Shown here piece by piece: positions 41,695 to 51,133 of a stretch of 64,000 bases of DNA (positions are counted from its first letter, which is position 1; each line of letters opens with the position of its first letter). This DNA is from Clostridia bacterium. GTDB lineage: Bacteria > Bacillota > Clostridia > Christensenellales > CAG-138. The notes beneath the pieces were generated by a model, which worked only from the letters and a program-made list of their open reading frames with translations, was not told the DNA's origin and did not search any database. The translations under genes and the position numbers were made by a program. The stretch covers positions 1,544 through 65,543 of the forward strand of contig JAFWOT010000012.1 in the NCBI GenBank assembly GCA_017509785.1, written 5' to 3'.

Positions 41695-42987
41695 TCAGCC
41701 GACGTCGCATACGGTCGAGGCGAAGAGTACGGCCCCCGTCTCAACGTGGTATATGAGCATCGCGTAAGGCCTGTCACAGAGGAGCTCGTATTCGCCAACG
41801 GTCGGGGTGAGGCCCTTTGTCGTGATGACGGCGGTAGCCGCCGAGGCCGTTGTGCCGAACTCCGTAACGGAGAGCGTCGCCCCGTGCAGTATGGCGGAAA
41901 CGATGGCGCTTTCGTCGTCGAGCATATTGGGGAAGCTTCCGCGGACGCCTTCCGAAATGCCGAGCTTATCGGCGAGCTCGAGCACGTCGAGCTTTGTGTC
42001 GAGATCGACCTTCGGCATCTTTATGCTGACTACCGCGGGGCTGCATTCGCTCATGCGGCCCATCAGCGCCTTGGCTGCCTCGGAGGGGGCGACGCCTTCG
42101 GCCGGAAGTATCACGGCCATGGCGTATTCGCCGCCCGCGTAGGGGATGAGCGCCATCTGCCCCTCGTCAAAGGAGGCGTACCCGTATTCGGAAACCGAGC
42201 TTATCATGCCGACGTTCTCAACACCCTTAAGTCCGTGGAACTCCGTCAGCTCGCGCAGGGCGGTGAAGGGCTTTTCCCAATCGAGCTTCAGCGTGAGAGC
42301 GTTTAATATTATGACTGCGGTATCCGCGCCGACGGTATCGACGAGCTTTTCTATGAGCCCGTCCGTGTTATCGCTTATCCAGCCGTTTATCTCTTCAAGG
42401 GCGGCCTTCGGGTCGGAGAAATCCAGCGCACCGACTGAGGCGCGGAAATATGAGGCCGCGGCGTTCGCAAAATCGGTATTGATGCGGTAGGCGCTGTTGG
42501 CAATGACGGCGGAATTTACCGTCACGCCCTTGCTCGCGGTGAGCTTTTCTATGAGCCTTGCCGCGCTGACCTTGACCTGCTCGCGGGTGAGGCCGGGGCA
42601 GAGCGCGTCAAGCAGGGCCTTCGAGGTCTGCTCGTCTCCGCCCTCGGAAAGGACCTGCAGGGCGATCTCCAGCGAGAGGGGGGAGAACACCGCCGTGCTG
42701 CCGGCCTCGAGAGAATCGAACATCCTCCCGGCGAAAACGTTGTTGACGCCCGTATAGAGCGGCTCGTACTCACCTTTGAGCATGAATCTGTTTCCGTTTG
42801 AGAGGAGGGTTATCGGCAGAGCCTCGCCCTTCTCGTTGAGATAGTTCGTGCGGGAAGCGTTTTGCGTGGGCTCCGCGCTCCCGGGGACGGGATCGTTCCC
42901 GGCGTTCTGCGTGCCCGTCCCCGCGCATCCGGTGAGCGCGGCGGAGAGCGTCAGCGCAAGAAACAATGAAATGAAGCGTTTGAACAT
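41695..42987 (-). CDS. Serpin-family protease inhibitor, lipoprotein-anchored
   Basis: Lipobox ALTGCAG. Serpin N-terminal motif VFSPLSLEIALQVLSEGG. C-terminal LCDRPYAMLIYHVETGAVLFASTV. Confidence 0.8.
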   Translation of the reverse strand: MFKRFISLFLALTLSAALTGCAGTGTQNAGNDPVPGSAEPTQNASRTNYLNEKGEALPITLLSNGNRFMLKGEYEPLYTGVNNVFAGRMFDSLEAGSTAVFSPLSLEIALQVLSEGGDEQTSKALLDALCPGLTREQVKVSAARLIEKLTASKGVTVNSAVIANSAYRINTDFANAAASYFRASVGALDFSDPKAALEEINGWISDNTDGLIEKLVDTVGADTAVIILNALTLKLDWEKPFTALRELTEFHGLKGVENVGMISSVSEYGYASFDEGQMALIPYAGGEYAMAVILPAEGVAPSEAAKALMGRMSECSPAVVSIKMPKVDLDTKLDVLELADKLGISEGVRGSFPNMLDDESAIVSAILHGATLSVTEFGTTASAATAVITTKGLTPTVGEYELLCDRPYAMLIYHVETGAVLFASTVCDVG

Positions 42988-43089
42988 CTCAGTTCCTCCT
43001 TGTTTTAAATGGCAGTACCATTTTACTTATATAACGAATAAATTGCAATACGGGTTCCCAAAAATTCAAAAATAAGTTATAATAGGGGC

Positions 43090-44934
43090 ATGAACGATAC
43101 CATCAGGGATAAATTGAAGCTTCTTCCGGACAGCCCGGGCGTGTACAGGATGTACAATTCGCGCGGGGAGATAATCTACGTCGGCAAGGCGGTGAACCTC
43201 AAGAACCGCGTGAGGCAGTATTTTCAGAATACGGCAAAGCCGCCGAAGGTCGCGGCGATGGTCTCCAACATAGCGGATTTCGAATTCACGATAACGGGCT
43301 CCGAGGCGGAGGCGCTGACGCTTGAATGCAACATGATCAAGCAGAACCGCCCGCGCTACAACATCCTATTAAAGGACGACAAGCACTTCCCTTACGTGAG
43401 GATCGATTTCACGAAGGATTTCCCGCGGCCGGAGATAGTCCGCCGCATAAAGAAGGACGGGGCAAAGTATTTCGGGCCCTATCTTTCCGGCCTCGCGCTG
43501 AGGGAGGCAATTACCGCAGTTCGGGATTTCTTCCCCGTCCGCCACTGCAGGAAGGATATAGAGCGGGCTATCGCGCGGCGCGAAAGGCCCTGCCTCATGT
43601 ACCACATAGGCAAGTGCTGCGCGCCCTGCTCCGGCAAAGTCACAAGGGAGGAATACCACGGCTACCTCAACGAGATCGCCCAGCTCCTGCAGGGGCATTC
43701 CGGAGCCATCACGGAGCTTCTGACGAAGCAGATGGAGGAGGCCGCCGGGAAGCTCGAATTCGAGCGCGCCGCCGTCCTGCGGGACCGCATCCGCGCCATG
43801 GAGAGTCTCGCCGCCAAGCAGCGCGCCGCGACGACCACCGTGAACAGCTTCGACGTTTTCGCCGTCGCTTCGGACGAGATGAACACCCTCGTCTACGCTA
43901 TGCTCATGCGCGACGGCAACGTCGTGATGACGGACGCGTATTTCGTCACGGCCTCCGGTGAGAGCGAGGCGGAGATAATGCAATCGTTCCTCATGCAGTT
44001 CTACACGGAGAGCGGCTATATCCCGCCCGAAATAGTCTGCCGCGAGCTCCCCGACGACGCGGAGAACGTGATCTCCTGCCTGCGGGATGAGTGCGGCCAC
44101 GCCGTAAAGCTCACAAAGCCGCAGCGGGGCGAAAAGAAACAGCTCGCCGATCTCGCCTTCATGAACGGGGTCGAGACCCTGAAACGCCGCAGGGAGCTCA
44201 CCCAAAAGGAATGGGAGCGCGGCGAGGGCGCGCTCATAGAGCTTGCGCGGATAGTCGGCATGGACGAGCTCCCGCACAGGATGGAATGTTTCGACAACTC
44301 CCATTTTCAGGGGCGTGATACCGTCGGTTCGATGGTCGTATTCATCGACGGCAAGGCCGATAAGAGCCTCTACCGCAGATTCAAAACGAAGACGAAGGTC
44401 GAGGGCGACGATTACGAGGCGATGCGCGAGCATCTGACGAGGCGCTTCAAAAGGGCCGTCGACGGGGACGTGAAGTTCAACGAGCTTCCCGATCTGCTTA
44501 TAATGGACGGCGGCAGGGGTCAGCTTAACGTCGCGCTCGAGGTGCTCGAAGCGTTCGGGCTCTCGTACATACCCGCGATAGGCCTCGCCGAGAGGAACGA
44601 GGATATCATCCTTCCCGATTCGCCGGAGCCCGTTTCGCTGCCCGCCGCCTCGCCGACGCTGCATCTGCTCCAGCGGATAAGGGACGAGGCGCACAGATTC
44701 GCCATAACGTATCACAGGAGCATGCGCTCGAAGACGGCGCTGTATTCCGTGCTGCAGAGCATCGAAGGGGTCGGCGAGAAGAGGCGCAGGGCGCTGTTCG
44801 ATAAATTCCTGACTATGGATGCGATAAAGACCGCATCCGTTGAGGAACTCGCCGCCGTGCCCGGCATGAACCGCCCCGCCGCGCAGAGGGTCTGGGAGCA
44901 TTTTCACGGTAAAGGAGAAGAGAGTGAAGTATAA
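43090..44934 (+). CDS. uvrC: Excinuclease ABC subunit C
   Basis: GIY-YIG segment GVYRMYNSRGEIIYVGKAVNLKNRVRQYF. UvrBC-interaction and endonuclease V-like domains with a C-terminal HhH. 614 aa. Confidence 0.95.
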   Translation: MNDTIRDKLKLLPDSPGVYRMYNSRGEIIYVGKAVNLKNRVRQYFQNTAKPPKVAAMVSNIADFEFTITGSEAEALTLECNMIKQNRPRYNILLKDDKHFPYVRIDFTKDFPRPEIVRRIKKDGAKYFGPYLSGLALREAITAVRDFFPVRHCRKDIERAIARRERPCLMYHIGKCCAPCSGKVTREEYHGYLNEIAQLLQGHSGAITELLTKQMEEAAGKLEFERAAVLRDRIRAMESLAAKQRAATTTVNSFDVFAVASDEMNTLVYAMLMRDGNVVMTDAYFVTASGESEAEIMQSFLMQFYTESGYIPPEIVCRELPDDAENVISCLRDECGHAVKLTKPQRGEKKQLADLAFMNGVETLKRRRELTQKEWERGEGALIELARIVGMDELPHRMECFDNSHFQGRDTVGSMVVFIDGKADKSLYRRFKTKTKVEGDDYEAMREHLTRRFKRAVDGDVKFNELPDLLIMDGGRGQLNVALEVLEAFGLSYIPAIGLAERNEDIILPDSPEPVSLPAASPTLHLLQRIRDEAHRFAITYHRSMRSKTALYSVLQSIEGVGEKRRRALFDKFLTMDAIKTASVEELAAVPGMNRPAAQRVWEHFHGKGEESEV

Positions 44935-45751
44935 GCTGCTTGCATTGGATATCGACGATACGATCCTTCCGAGGCTCGGGGTCATATCCGAAAGGACGAA
45001 GCTTGCCGTCCGCCGAGCGCGGGAGGCGGGCGTCATAGTTACGATAGCCACGGGGAGGGGCTACCACGGTTCCTTATCCGTCCTGCGGGAGCTCGACGTG
45101 GACGGTCTCGTCATAAACTACGGCGGCGCCGTCATAAACGATGCGAAGACGGGCGAGCCCTTCTTCGTGACGGAGCTCGAAAGCTCCGTCGTAACGGAGA
45201 TACTGGAGTTATCCGAGAGCCTCGGTCTGCACGTCCATCTCTATCAGGGGGACGAGATAGTCTATGAGCGCGAGCACGAGTACGGCAGAGCGTATTCCGA
45301 ACATCTCGGCCTCCCCGCAAGGATAGAGCCGAACGTCCGCCGAATGGTGTGGCGGAACGTGCCGAAGGTCCTCGTGATCACGGAGCCCGAAAGGGTGGAG
45401 GGCCTGCTGCCGTTTTTCCGCGAAAAGCTTGCGGGAAAGGCAGCCGTTTCGGCCTCATCGCCCGGGTTTATTGAGTTCAACAGGATAGGCGCGAGCAAGG
45501 GCTCCGCGCTGAAGCTGCTTGCGGAGCATTACGGCTTCGCAAGGGAGGAGACAGCCGCCGTCGGCGACAACACGCTCGATCTCGAGATGATAGAATGGGC
45601 GGGCCTCGGCTGCTGCGTTGCGGACGGGAACGATGAGGTGAAGGCCGCGGCGGACGTTATCGCGCCCCCCTGCCGGGAGGACGGCGCCGCCCGGTTCATA
45701 GAGGAATACATATTGGAAGAAGGAGGCCCCAATGCTCAGTATAGGCTTTGA
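44924..45751 (+). CDS. Cof-type HAD-IIB family hydrolase
   Basis: KLLALDIDDTIL (DxD motif) and GDNTLDLEMIEWAG. Confidence 0.8.
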   Translation: MKYKLLALDIDDTILPRLGVISERTKLAVRRAREAGVIVTIATGRGYHGSLSVLRELDVDGLVINYGGAVINDAKTGEPFFVTELESSVVTEILELSESLGLHVHLYQGDEIVYEREHEYGRAYSEHLGLPARIEPNVRRMVWRNVPKVLVITEPERVEGLLPFFREKLAGKAAVSASSPGFIEFNRIGASKGSALKLLAEHYGFAREETAAVGDNTLDLEMIEWAGLGCCVADGNDEVKAAADVIAPPCREDGAARFIEEYILEEGGPNAQYRL

Positions 45752-46628
45752 TATCGGCGGGACGACGGTGAAGGCCGGCGCCGTGGACGAACAGTTCCGC
45801 ATAGTGCGAAAGCTCTCCTGCCCGACGCCCTTCGGCGAAGCGGAAGCTCTCGCCGATATGCTCCGCGGCATGGCGGAGGAGCTCGCGCCCGAGGGCTGCG
45901 CGGCTGCCGGCGTCACGGTGCCGGGCTCAATAGACTGCGAAGGCGGCATAATAGACGCGTGGAACATCGGGCTCCATAACGTCCCTCTGAAGAAGATGAT
46001 GGAGGAAAGACTCGGCGTCGGCGTCGCCGTCAGGAACGACGCGGACGCGGCCGCCGCCGCAGAACTGAAGCTCGGCGCGCTGAAGGGCGTGAGGACGGGC
46101 CTCATGCTGACGCTCGGCACGGGCGTCGGAGGGAGCATAATACTTAACGGCGAGCTCTTCCGCGGCGGGCTGGGCCGCGGCACGGAGCTCGGCCACGCCG
46201 TGATGGAACGCGGCGGTCTGAAATGCGGCTGCGGGCACCGGGGCTGTATAGAGACTCTCTGCTCCGCTTCCGCCCTGACGAGGAAGGCGGAAGCGGCCTC
46301 GAAGGAGGAGGGCATGATCCGCGTCCGCGCTGAAGCGGGGGAGAAGCCCGACGCGAAGCTCCTCATCGAATGCGCGAGGGAGGGGGACGCCGCGGCGATT
46401 GCCCTTTTTGACGAATACACCGACGCCCTCGCCGACGCGGCGGCGTCATTCGTGAACGTGCTCGATCCCGAGGTCATCGTATTCGGCGGAGGCGTCTCCG
46501 GCGCGGGAGAGCTGCTCGTTGACGCGCTGCGCAAAAAGATCCCCCCGAGGACATTCTTCGGCTCCTGCGGGCGGATAACGACGGCTTCGGCCGGCAACGA
46601 CGCGGGCATATTGGGCTCGCTGATATAA
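45732..46628 (+). CDS. glcK: ROK-family sugar kinase (glucokinase-like)
   Basis: IGFDIGGTTVKAG. ROK zinc motif GHAVMERGGLKCGCGHRGCIE. Confidence 0.85.
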   Translation: MLSIGFDIGGTTVKAGAVDEQFRIVRKLSCPTPFGEAEALADMLRGMAEELAPEGCAAAGVTVPGSIDCEGGIIDAWNIGLHNVPLKKMMEERLGVGVAVRNDADAAAAAELKLGALKGVRTGLMLTLGTGVGGSIILNGELFRGGLGRGTELGHAVMERGGLKCGCGHRGCIETLCSASALTRKAEAASKEEGMIRVRAEAGEKPDAKLLIECAREGDAAAIALFDEYTDALADAAASFVNVLDPEVIVFGGGVSGAGELLVDALRKKIPPRTFFGSCGRITTASAGNDAGILGSLI

Positions 46629-46657
46629 ACGAAGGATCAGGAAAGGAGAATCAAAAA

Positions 46658-47332
46658 ATGTCAGTAATGTGCACGGTGTACGTACCGGAGGGCATCGTCA
46701 TGGCGGCGGACAGCCGCATGACGGGCAATATAATGTACAAGACCCAGGACGGCAAGACTCAGCAGCAGGGGATGTTCTCCCTCTCCGACAACGCGCAGAA
46801 GGTTTTCCTTCTCAGCAAGGTGAGGGTCGGCATATCCTCCTGCGGGATGGCTGTGCTCGAGAACAAGACCATTTCCGATTTCCTCAGGATATTCGAGATA
46901 GAGGAGGTCGGCAGAAAGGATTCCGTCACCGACGTTGCGAAGAAGCTTCAGGCGTACGCCTATAAGTTCTTCCCGCACGTTAACTTCTTCGTCTGCGGAT
47001 ACGACGAGGACGAGCCCTTCGTATACGACGTCGGCAAGGAATTGAAGCGCATCAATATGGATAACGGGAATATCCGCTACGCCTCCTCCTGGAGCGGCGA
47101 ACAGCAGGCGATAACGAAGCTGCTCAACTCCCAACCGCCCACGCCGATAAACCACAACCTCATGCCGCTGAAGGACGCTGTCGATTTTGCCGATTTCCTC
47201 ATCGACGTGACGATCAAGCTCCAGCGCTTCGAGATGAAGCCGAAGACCTGCGGCGGCGAGGTGGACGTGCTCGTCCTGACGAAGGACGACGCCTTCTGGC
47301 ACAGGCACAAGCTGCTGAAGCCCGGCAAATGA
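46658..47332 (+). CDS. Hypothetical protein with a proteasome beta-subunit / Ntn-hydrolase-like N-terminus
   Basis: MSVMCTVYVPEGIVMAADSRMTG resembles the T-x-x-x...AaDsR start of HslV / 20S beta subunits. Assigned from sequence resemblance only. Confidence 0.4.
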   Translation: MSVMCTVYVPEGIVMAADSRMTGNIMYKTQDGKTQQQGMFSLSDNAQKVFLLSKVRVGISSCGMAVLENKTISDFLRIFEIEEVGRKDSVTDVAKKLQAYAYKFFPHVNFFVCGYDEDEPFVYDVGKELKRINMDNGNIRYASSWSGEQQAITKLLNSQPPTPINHNLMPLKDAVDFADFLIDVTIKLQRFEMKPKTCGGEVDVLVLTKDDAFWHRHKLLKPGK

Positions 47333-47363
47333 CGCATCCCCGATCCGAACGATAGGAGTTTCC

Positions 47364-47852
47364 ATGGCACGAAAGCAGAAGACTACCGGGGGCGCGAGCG
47401 CATACGACGCCGCGCTCTCATACCTGACCCCGAAGGCGAGGACGGTCCGCGAGGTGGAGCTGAAGCTCGACGAGGGCTGTTATTCCGAGGGTGAGATAAT
47501 GCAGACGATAGATCGGCTGAAGGAAGCGGGTCTTCTCGACGACGAGAGATACGCAAGGGATTTCGTCGAAACGAGGCTCTCCACAAAGCCGGTGAGCCGC
47601 TTCCGCCTGCGCGAACAGCTCCGGGGGCATCACGTCCCGGAGGATATCATCGAAGAGGCTCTCGGCGGCGTCGACTCCGGCACGGAGCTCAACAACGCCG
47701 TCGCCGTTGCGGGAAAGTACCTTCGCCAATTCAGCGGCATAGAGGACGATACGGAAAAGCTCCGCCGCGTCTACACGAGGCTGCAGACCCGCGGCTATGA
47801 CCACGACACCATAATGCAGGCCCTTCGGGAGGCGGCGGATGGAGAACAATAG
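47364..47852 (+). CDS. recX: RecA regulator RecX
   Basis: ALSYLTPKARTVREVELKL...DDERYARDFVETR, with the three-repeat RecX pattern. Confidence 0.8.
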   Translation: MARKQKTTGGASAYDAALSYLTPKARTVREVELKLDEGCYSEGEIMQTIDRLKEAGLLDDERYARDFVETRLSTKPVSRFRLREQLRGHHVPEDIIEEALGGVDSGTELNNAVAVAGKYLRQFSGIEDDTEKLRRVYTRLQTRGYDHDTIMQALREAADGEQ

Positions 47853-49449
47853 ATACAATCATTACCCCTTCAAGGTCTACACCTATGATATCGTCGATTC
47901 GACGAACGCCGTCGCAAAGCGCGCGATAGCCGAGTTCGGAAGGGAATTCGATCTGACCGTTCACGTCGCCGGGAGCCAGACGAAGGGGCGCGGGCGAAAG
48001 GACAGAGCATGGCTCAACACCGAAGAGGCCGTGCTGATGAGCATAGTCCACAGGGCGGCGCTCTCATCCGACAGGCTTCCCATGCTGAATCTCGCGGCGG
48101 CGGAGGCCGTCAGGAACGCGCTCGTAAAACTCACGGGGAACGATATCGATCTTTCCGTTAAGTGGCCGAACGACGTCATCGCCTCCTTCGATATGAAGAA
48201 GATCTGCGGCATACTCTCGGAGTCCCTGTACCTGAAGGGCGACCGCTTCGCCGTCATCGGCATAGGGGTGAACCTCAACACGGGCAGCATACCGGGCGAT
48301 CTCCTCCAGCCCGCTTCGAGCGTATACCTCGAATGCGGGAGGCGCTTCCGCATACTCGACGTCGTCAACGCCATACTTGACGAATACATGCTGCAATACG
48401 ATCTGCTCCGCAGCGATCCCGATGAATTCCTGCGGTGCTTTTCGAAGAACTGCATCTCGCTCGGGAGCCACGTCGCCGTCATACGGGGAGATGAGACCCG
48501 CTACGGCATGGCGGACAGGATATTCGGGGACGGAAGGCTCGTCGTCCGTTATGAGGACGGAGCCATAGAGGAGGTCGGAGCCGCCGACGTTTCGATAAGG
48601 AGCAGGGGCGGGATCGACGATAAGCTTATAAAGAGGATACTCCCGAAGCGCGATCCGAATGGCAACAAGGGCTCCAACGGCAGGGCGGCTCTCATAGTCG
48701 GCTCCGGGAGCATGCCCGGCGCGGCGCTCATGTGCTCGAAGGCCTGCGTCAGAGCCGGCGCGGGATTGACGAGGGCGCTCATCCCGAAGGAGATCGTTCC
48801 TTCATTCGCGCTCGTTCCGGAGGTGATGCTCGTTCCGGAGACCGAAAGTGCGGACGAGCTCATAAAATGGGCCTCTGCAGTCGGGATAGGCTGCGGCATG
48901 GGCGTTTCCGAAAGGACGGCGGGACTCCTTGGAAAGGTGCTCCGCTCGGGCAAGCCCTGCGTCATAGACGCGGACGCCCTCAATACGATGGCAAGTAAGC
49001 CGGAGCTCATGGCTCTGCTCCATGCAAAAGCGGTCATAACGCCTCACCCCGGCGAGATGGCGCGGCTCCTCGGCTGTGAAACGGAGGAGGTCGTCAAAAA
49101 CTTCACCGCCTCGGCCGTGAACTTCGCAAACGAGCATGGATGCTGCGTGCTTTTGAAATCGGCTTCGAGCATAATAGTCTCGCCGAAGGGCGCAGTCAGA
49201 TACAACGACAGGGGCAGCAGCGCTCTGGCTAAGGGCGGCAGCGGCGACGTGCTGACGGGGATCGTTGCCTCACTTCTCGCACAGGGCGCGAAACCCTATG
49301 ACGCCGCCTCCGCGGGAGCGTACCTGCTCGGCGTATCCGCGGAGCACGCGATGGAGCTTTTGAGAGAGAGGTTCATATGCGCGTCCGACGTGACCGAAAT
49401 GATAAGCAAAGAACTGGAAAGGGGTACGGGTAATGATACCGAAGACTGA
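47839..49449 (+). CDS. Fusion: biotin-protein ligase (BirA catalytic + SH3-like domains) + NAD(P)HX dehydratase (YjeF_C / Nnr C-terminal domain)
   Basis: BirA motifs GSQTKGRGRKDRAW and KWPNDV. YjeF_C motifs KGSNGRAALIVGSGSMPGAALM, DADAL, ITPHPGEMARL, GGSGDVLTG. Single 536-codon frame. Confidence 0.8.
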   Translation: MENNRYNHYPFKVYTYDIVDSTNAVAKRAIAEFGREFDLTVHVAGSQTKGRGRKDRAWLNTEEAVLMSIVHRAALSSDRLPMLNLAAAEAVRNALVKLTGNDIDLSVKWPNDVIASFDMKKICGILSESLYLKGDRFAVIGIGVNLNTGSIPGDLLQPASSVYLECGRRFRILDVVNAILDEYMLQYDLLRSDPDEFLRCFSKNCISLGSHVAVIRGDETRYGMADRIFGDGRLVVRYEDGAIEEVGAADVSIRSRGGIDDKLIKRILPKRDPNGNKGSNGRAALIVGSGSMPGAALMCSKACVRAGAGLTRALIPKEIVPSFALVPEVMLVPETESADELIKWASAVGIGCGMGVSERTAGLLGKVLRSGKPCVIDADALNTMASKPELMALLHAKAVITPHPGEMARLLGCETEEVVKNFTASAVNFANEHGCCVLLKSASSIIVSPKGAVRYNDRGSSALAKGGSGDVLTGIVASLLAQGAKPYDAASAGAYLLGVSAEHAMELLRERFICASDVTEMISKELERGTGNDTED

Positions 49450-50032
49450 TATCGCGGAAGTGAAGGCGGAGCTGCGAAAGCGCATCCGCGCGGAGAGACG
49501 CGCCATCCCCGGAGAGGAGCGCAGGGCGGCCGCCCTGCTGACGGCGGAAAGGCTCATGGAAATGCCCGAGCTTAAAAACTGCGAATACGTACTCGGGTAC
49601 ATGCCGATGAAGTACGAGCTCGACGTGCTCCCCGCTCTCGAGGGCTTGAAGAAGCTCGGCGCAACGCCGGTGTTCCCGCTCTGCATAGATGAAGGCGGTC
49701 TGCGGCTCTTCGTCCCCGCGGAGGAGAACGGTTTCGTGACGGGCGCGTACGGAATACTCGAACCGGATATCCGTACCGCGAGGGAGATCGAAGCGGAAGA
49801 CCTCGGCGCGATAATACTCCCCGCCATAGGCTTTGACAGACAGGGCCACAGGCTCGGCCAGGGCGGCGGGTATTACGACAGGCTCCTTGCGAGATGCAGC
49901 TGCTTCACGGTCGCCGTCGGGTTCGATTGTCAGCTCGTTGAAAGCGTCCCCACGGAGGGGACGGACAGACCCGTCCGCGCAATAGTGACGCCGAGCGGGG
50001 TGATAAGGCCCCAAACACAATATTTTGTGTAA
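49433..50032 (+). CDS. 5-formyltetrahydrofolate cyclo-ligase
   Basis: N-terminal KAELRKRIRAERRAI. C-terminal GQGGGYYDR. Confidence 0.8.
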   Translation: MIPKTDIAEVKAELRKRIRAERRAIPGEERRAAALLTAERLMEMPELKNCEYVLGYMPMKYELDVLPALEGLKKLGATPVFPLCIDEGGLRLFVPAEENGFVTGAYGILEPDIRTAREIEAEDLGAIILPAIGFDRQGHRLGQGGGYYDRLLARCSCFTVAVGFDCQLVESVPTEGTDRPVRAIVTPSGVIRPQTQYFV

Positions 50033-50100
50033 AAATTTCGCGCGGGCTATTGATTGAAACAAGATAAGGTGATACAATAAAGGAGTATACGGAGCGGAAC

Positions 50101-50664
50101 ATGCGTATCATAGCCGGTGAAGCAAAGGGCAGGGAGATACTTGCCCCCAAAGGAATGAACACGAGGCCCACCCTGGCGAAGGTCAAGGAGGCAATGTTCG
50201 GCATGATCCAGTTCGAGGTGGCAGGCGCCGTAGTGCTCGATCTCTTCTCGGGAAGCGGCGGCCTCGGCATAGAGGCGCTCTCCCGCGGGGCGGAAAGGGT
50301 CGTCTTCTGCGACAGCTCAAGGGAAGCATACAACACCGTCAGGAGCAATTTAAAAAGGCTCGGGTATGATGAAAGAGCGGCCGTTTCCTGCTGTGACTCG
50401 ATCCGTCTGCTCGAAGGGCTTGCGGGCTCCGGCGAAGCCTTCGATATCGTCCTGCTCGATCCTCCGTATGAGACGGATCTCGAATCCCGCGCGATAGCGA
50501 AGCTTTCCGAGCTCGGTCTGATAAAGGCCGGAGCTATATTGCTCTGTGAGCATTCAAAACAGAACCCGCCCGTTTTTCCGGAGGGGTTCAACGTGAAGAA
50601 GGCAAGGAAATACGGCGATTCGTTCGTCACCTATGCCGTTTATGAGGGGGTGGATGATATTTGA
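50101..50664 (+). CDS. rsmD: 16S rRNA (guanine966-N2)-methyltransferase
   Basis: MRIIAGEAKGREILAPKGMNTRPT, DLFSGSGGLGIEALSRGA, LDPPY. Confidence 0.85.
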   Translation: MRIIAGEAKGREILAPKGMNTRPTLAKVKEAMFGMIQFEVAGAVVLDLFSGSGGLGIEALSRGAERVVFCDSSREAYNTVRSNLKRLGYDERAAVSCCDSIRLLEGLAGSGEAFDIVLLDPPYETDLESRAIAKLSELGLIKAGAILLCEHSKQNPPVFPEGFNVKKARKYGDSFVTYAVYEGVDDI

Positions 50665-51131
50665 CCACGGCGGTTTTTCCGGGCAGCTTTGATCCGATCA
50701 CGGTCGGTCACGTCGATCTCGTTCGGCGCGCCGCGCAGGTGTTCGATAAGGTTTACGTTTCGATCCTCGATAACCCCGGCAAGGGCTGCGCCTTCACCAT
50801 GGAGGAAAGACTGGAGCTCGTGCGCGACGCCGTAAAGGATATCCCGAACGCGTTCGTCGCTTCAAGCACGGGGCTGCTCGTCGATCACTGCCATGAGATC
50901 GGGGCAACCGTCATCGTCCGCGGCATAAGGGCCGGGAACGACGTCGATTACGAGGCCACGCTTGAGGAGGTCAACACCCGCATCGATCCCTCGATAACGA
51001 CGGTCTACCTCATATCAAAGGCCGAGTATTCGCACGTAAGCTCGAGCCTCGTGCGGCAGCTCATCAAAATCGGAATTAGCATTGAAGGAGTTGTACCGAA
51101 TGCTGATCATAAAATACTAAGGAGAGTTTGA
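50661..51131 (+). CDS. coaD: Pantetheine-phosphate adenylyltransferase
   Basis: AVFPGSFDPITVGHVDL. C-terminal ISSSLVRQL-type motif (HVSSSLVRQL). Confidence 0.9.
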   Translation: MTTAVFPGSFDPITVGHVDLVRRAAQVFDKVYVSILDNPGKGCAFTMEERLELVRDAVKDIPNAFVASSTGLLVDHCHEIGATVIVRGIRAGNDVDYEATLEEVNTRIDPSITTVYLISKAEYSHVSSSLVRQLIKIGISIEGVVPNADHKILRRV

Positions 51132-51133
51132 TT

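Noticed and set aside
43369-45051. 560-aa ORF on the minus strand, opposite uvrC. Similar long antisense ORFs occur at 45455-46609, 54302-55972, 61993-63600, 10137-11054 and 16263-17222.
   Set aside because: They lie exactly antisense to genes with unmistakable motifs (uvrC, ROK kinase, pta, hsdM, hsdR). They have Arg/Leu/Pro/Gly-rich shadow-frame composition, no RBS and no recognisable motif. This is typical of frames left open by G+C-rich or codon-biased coding sequence.
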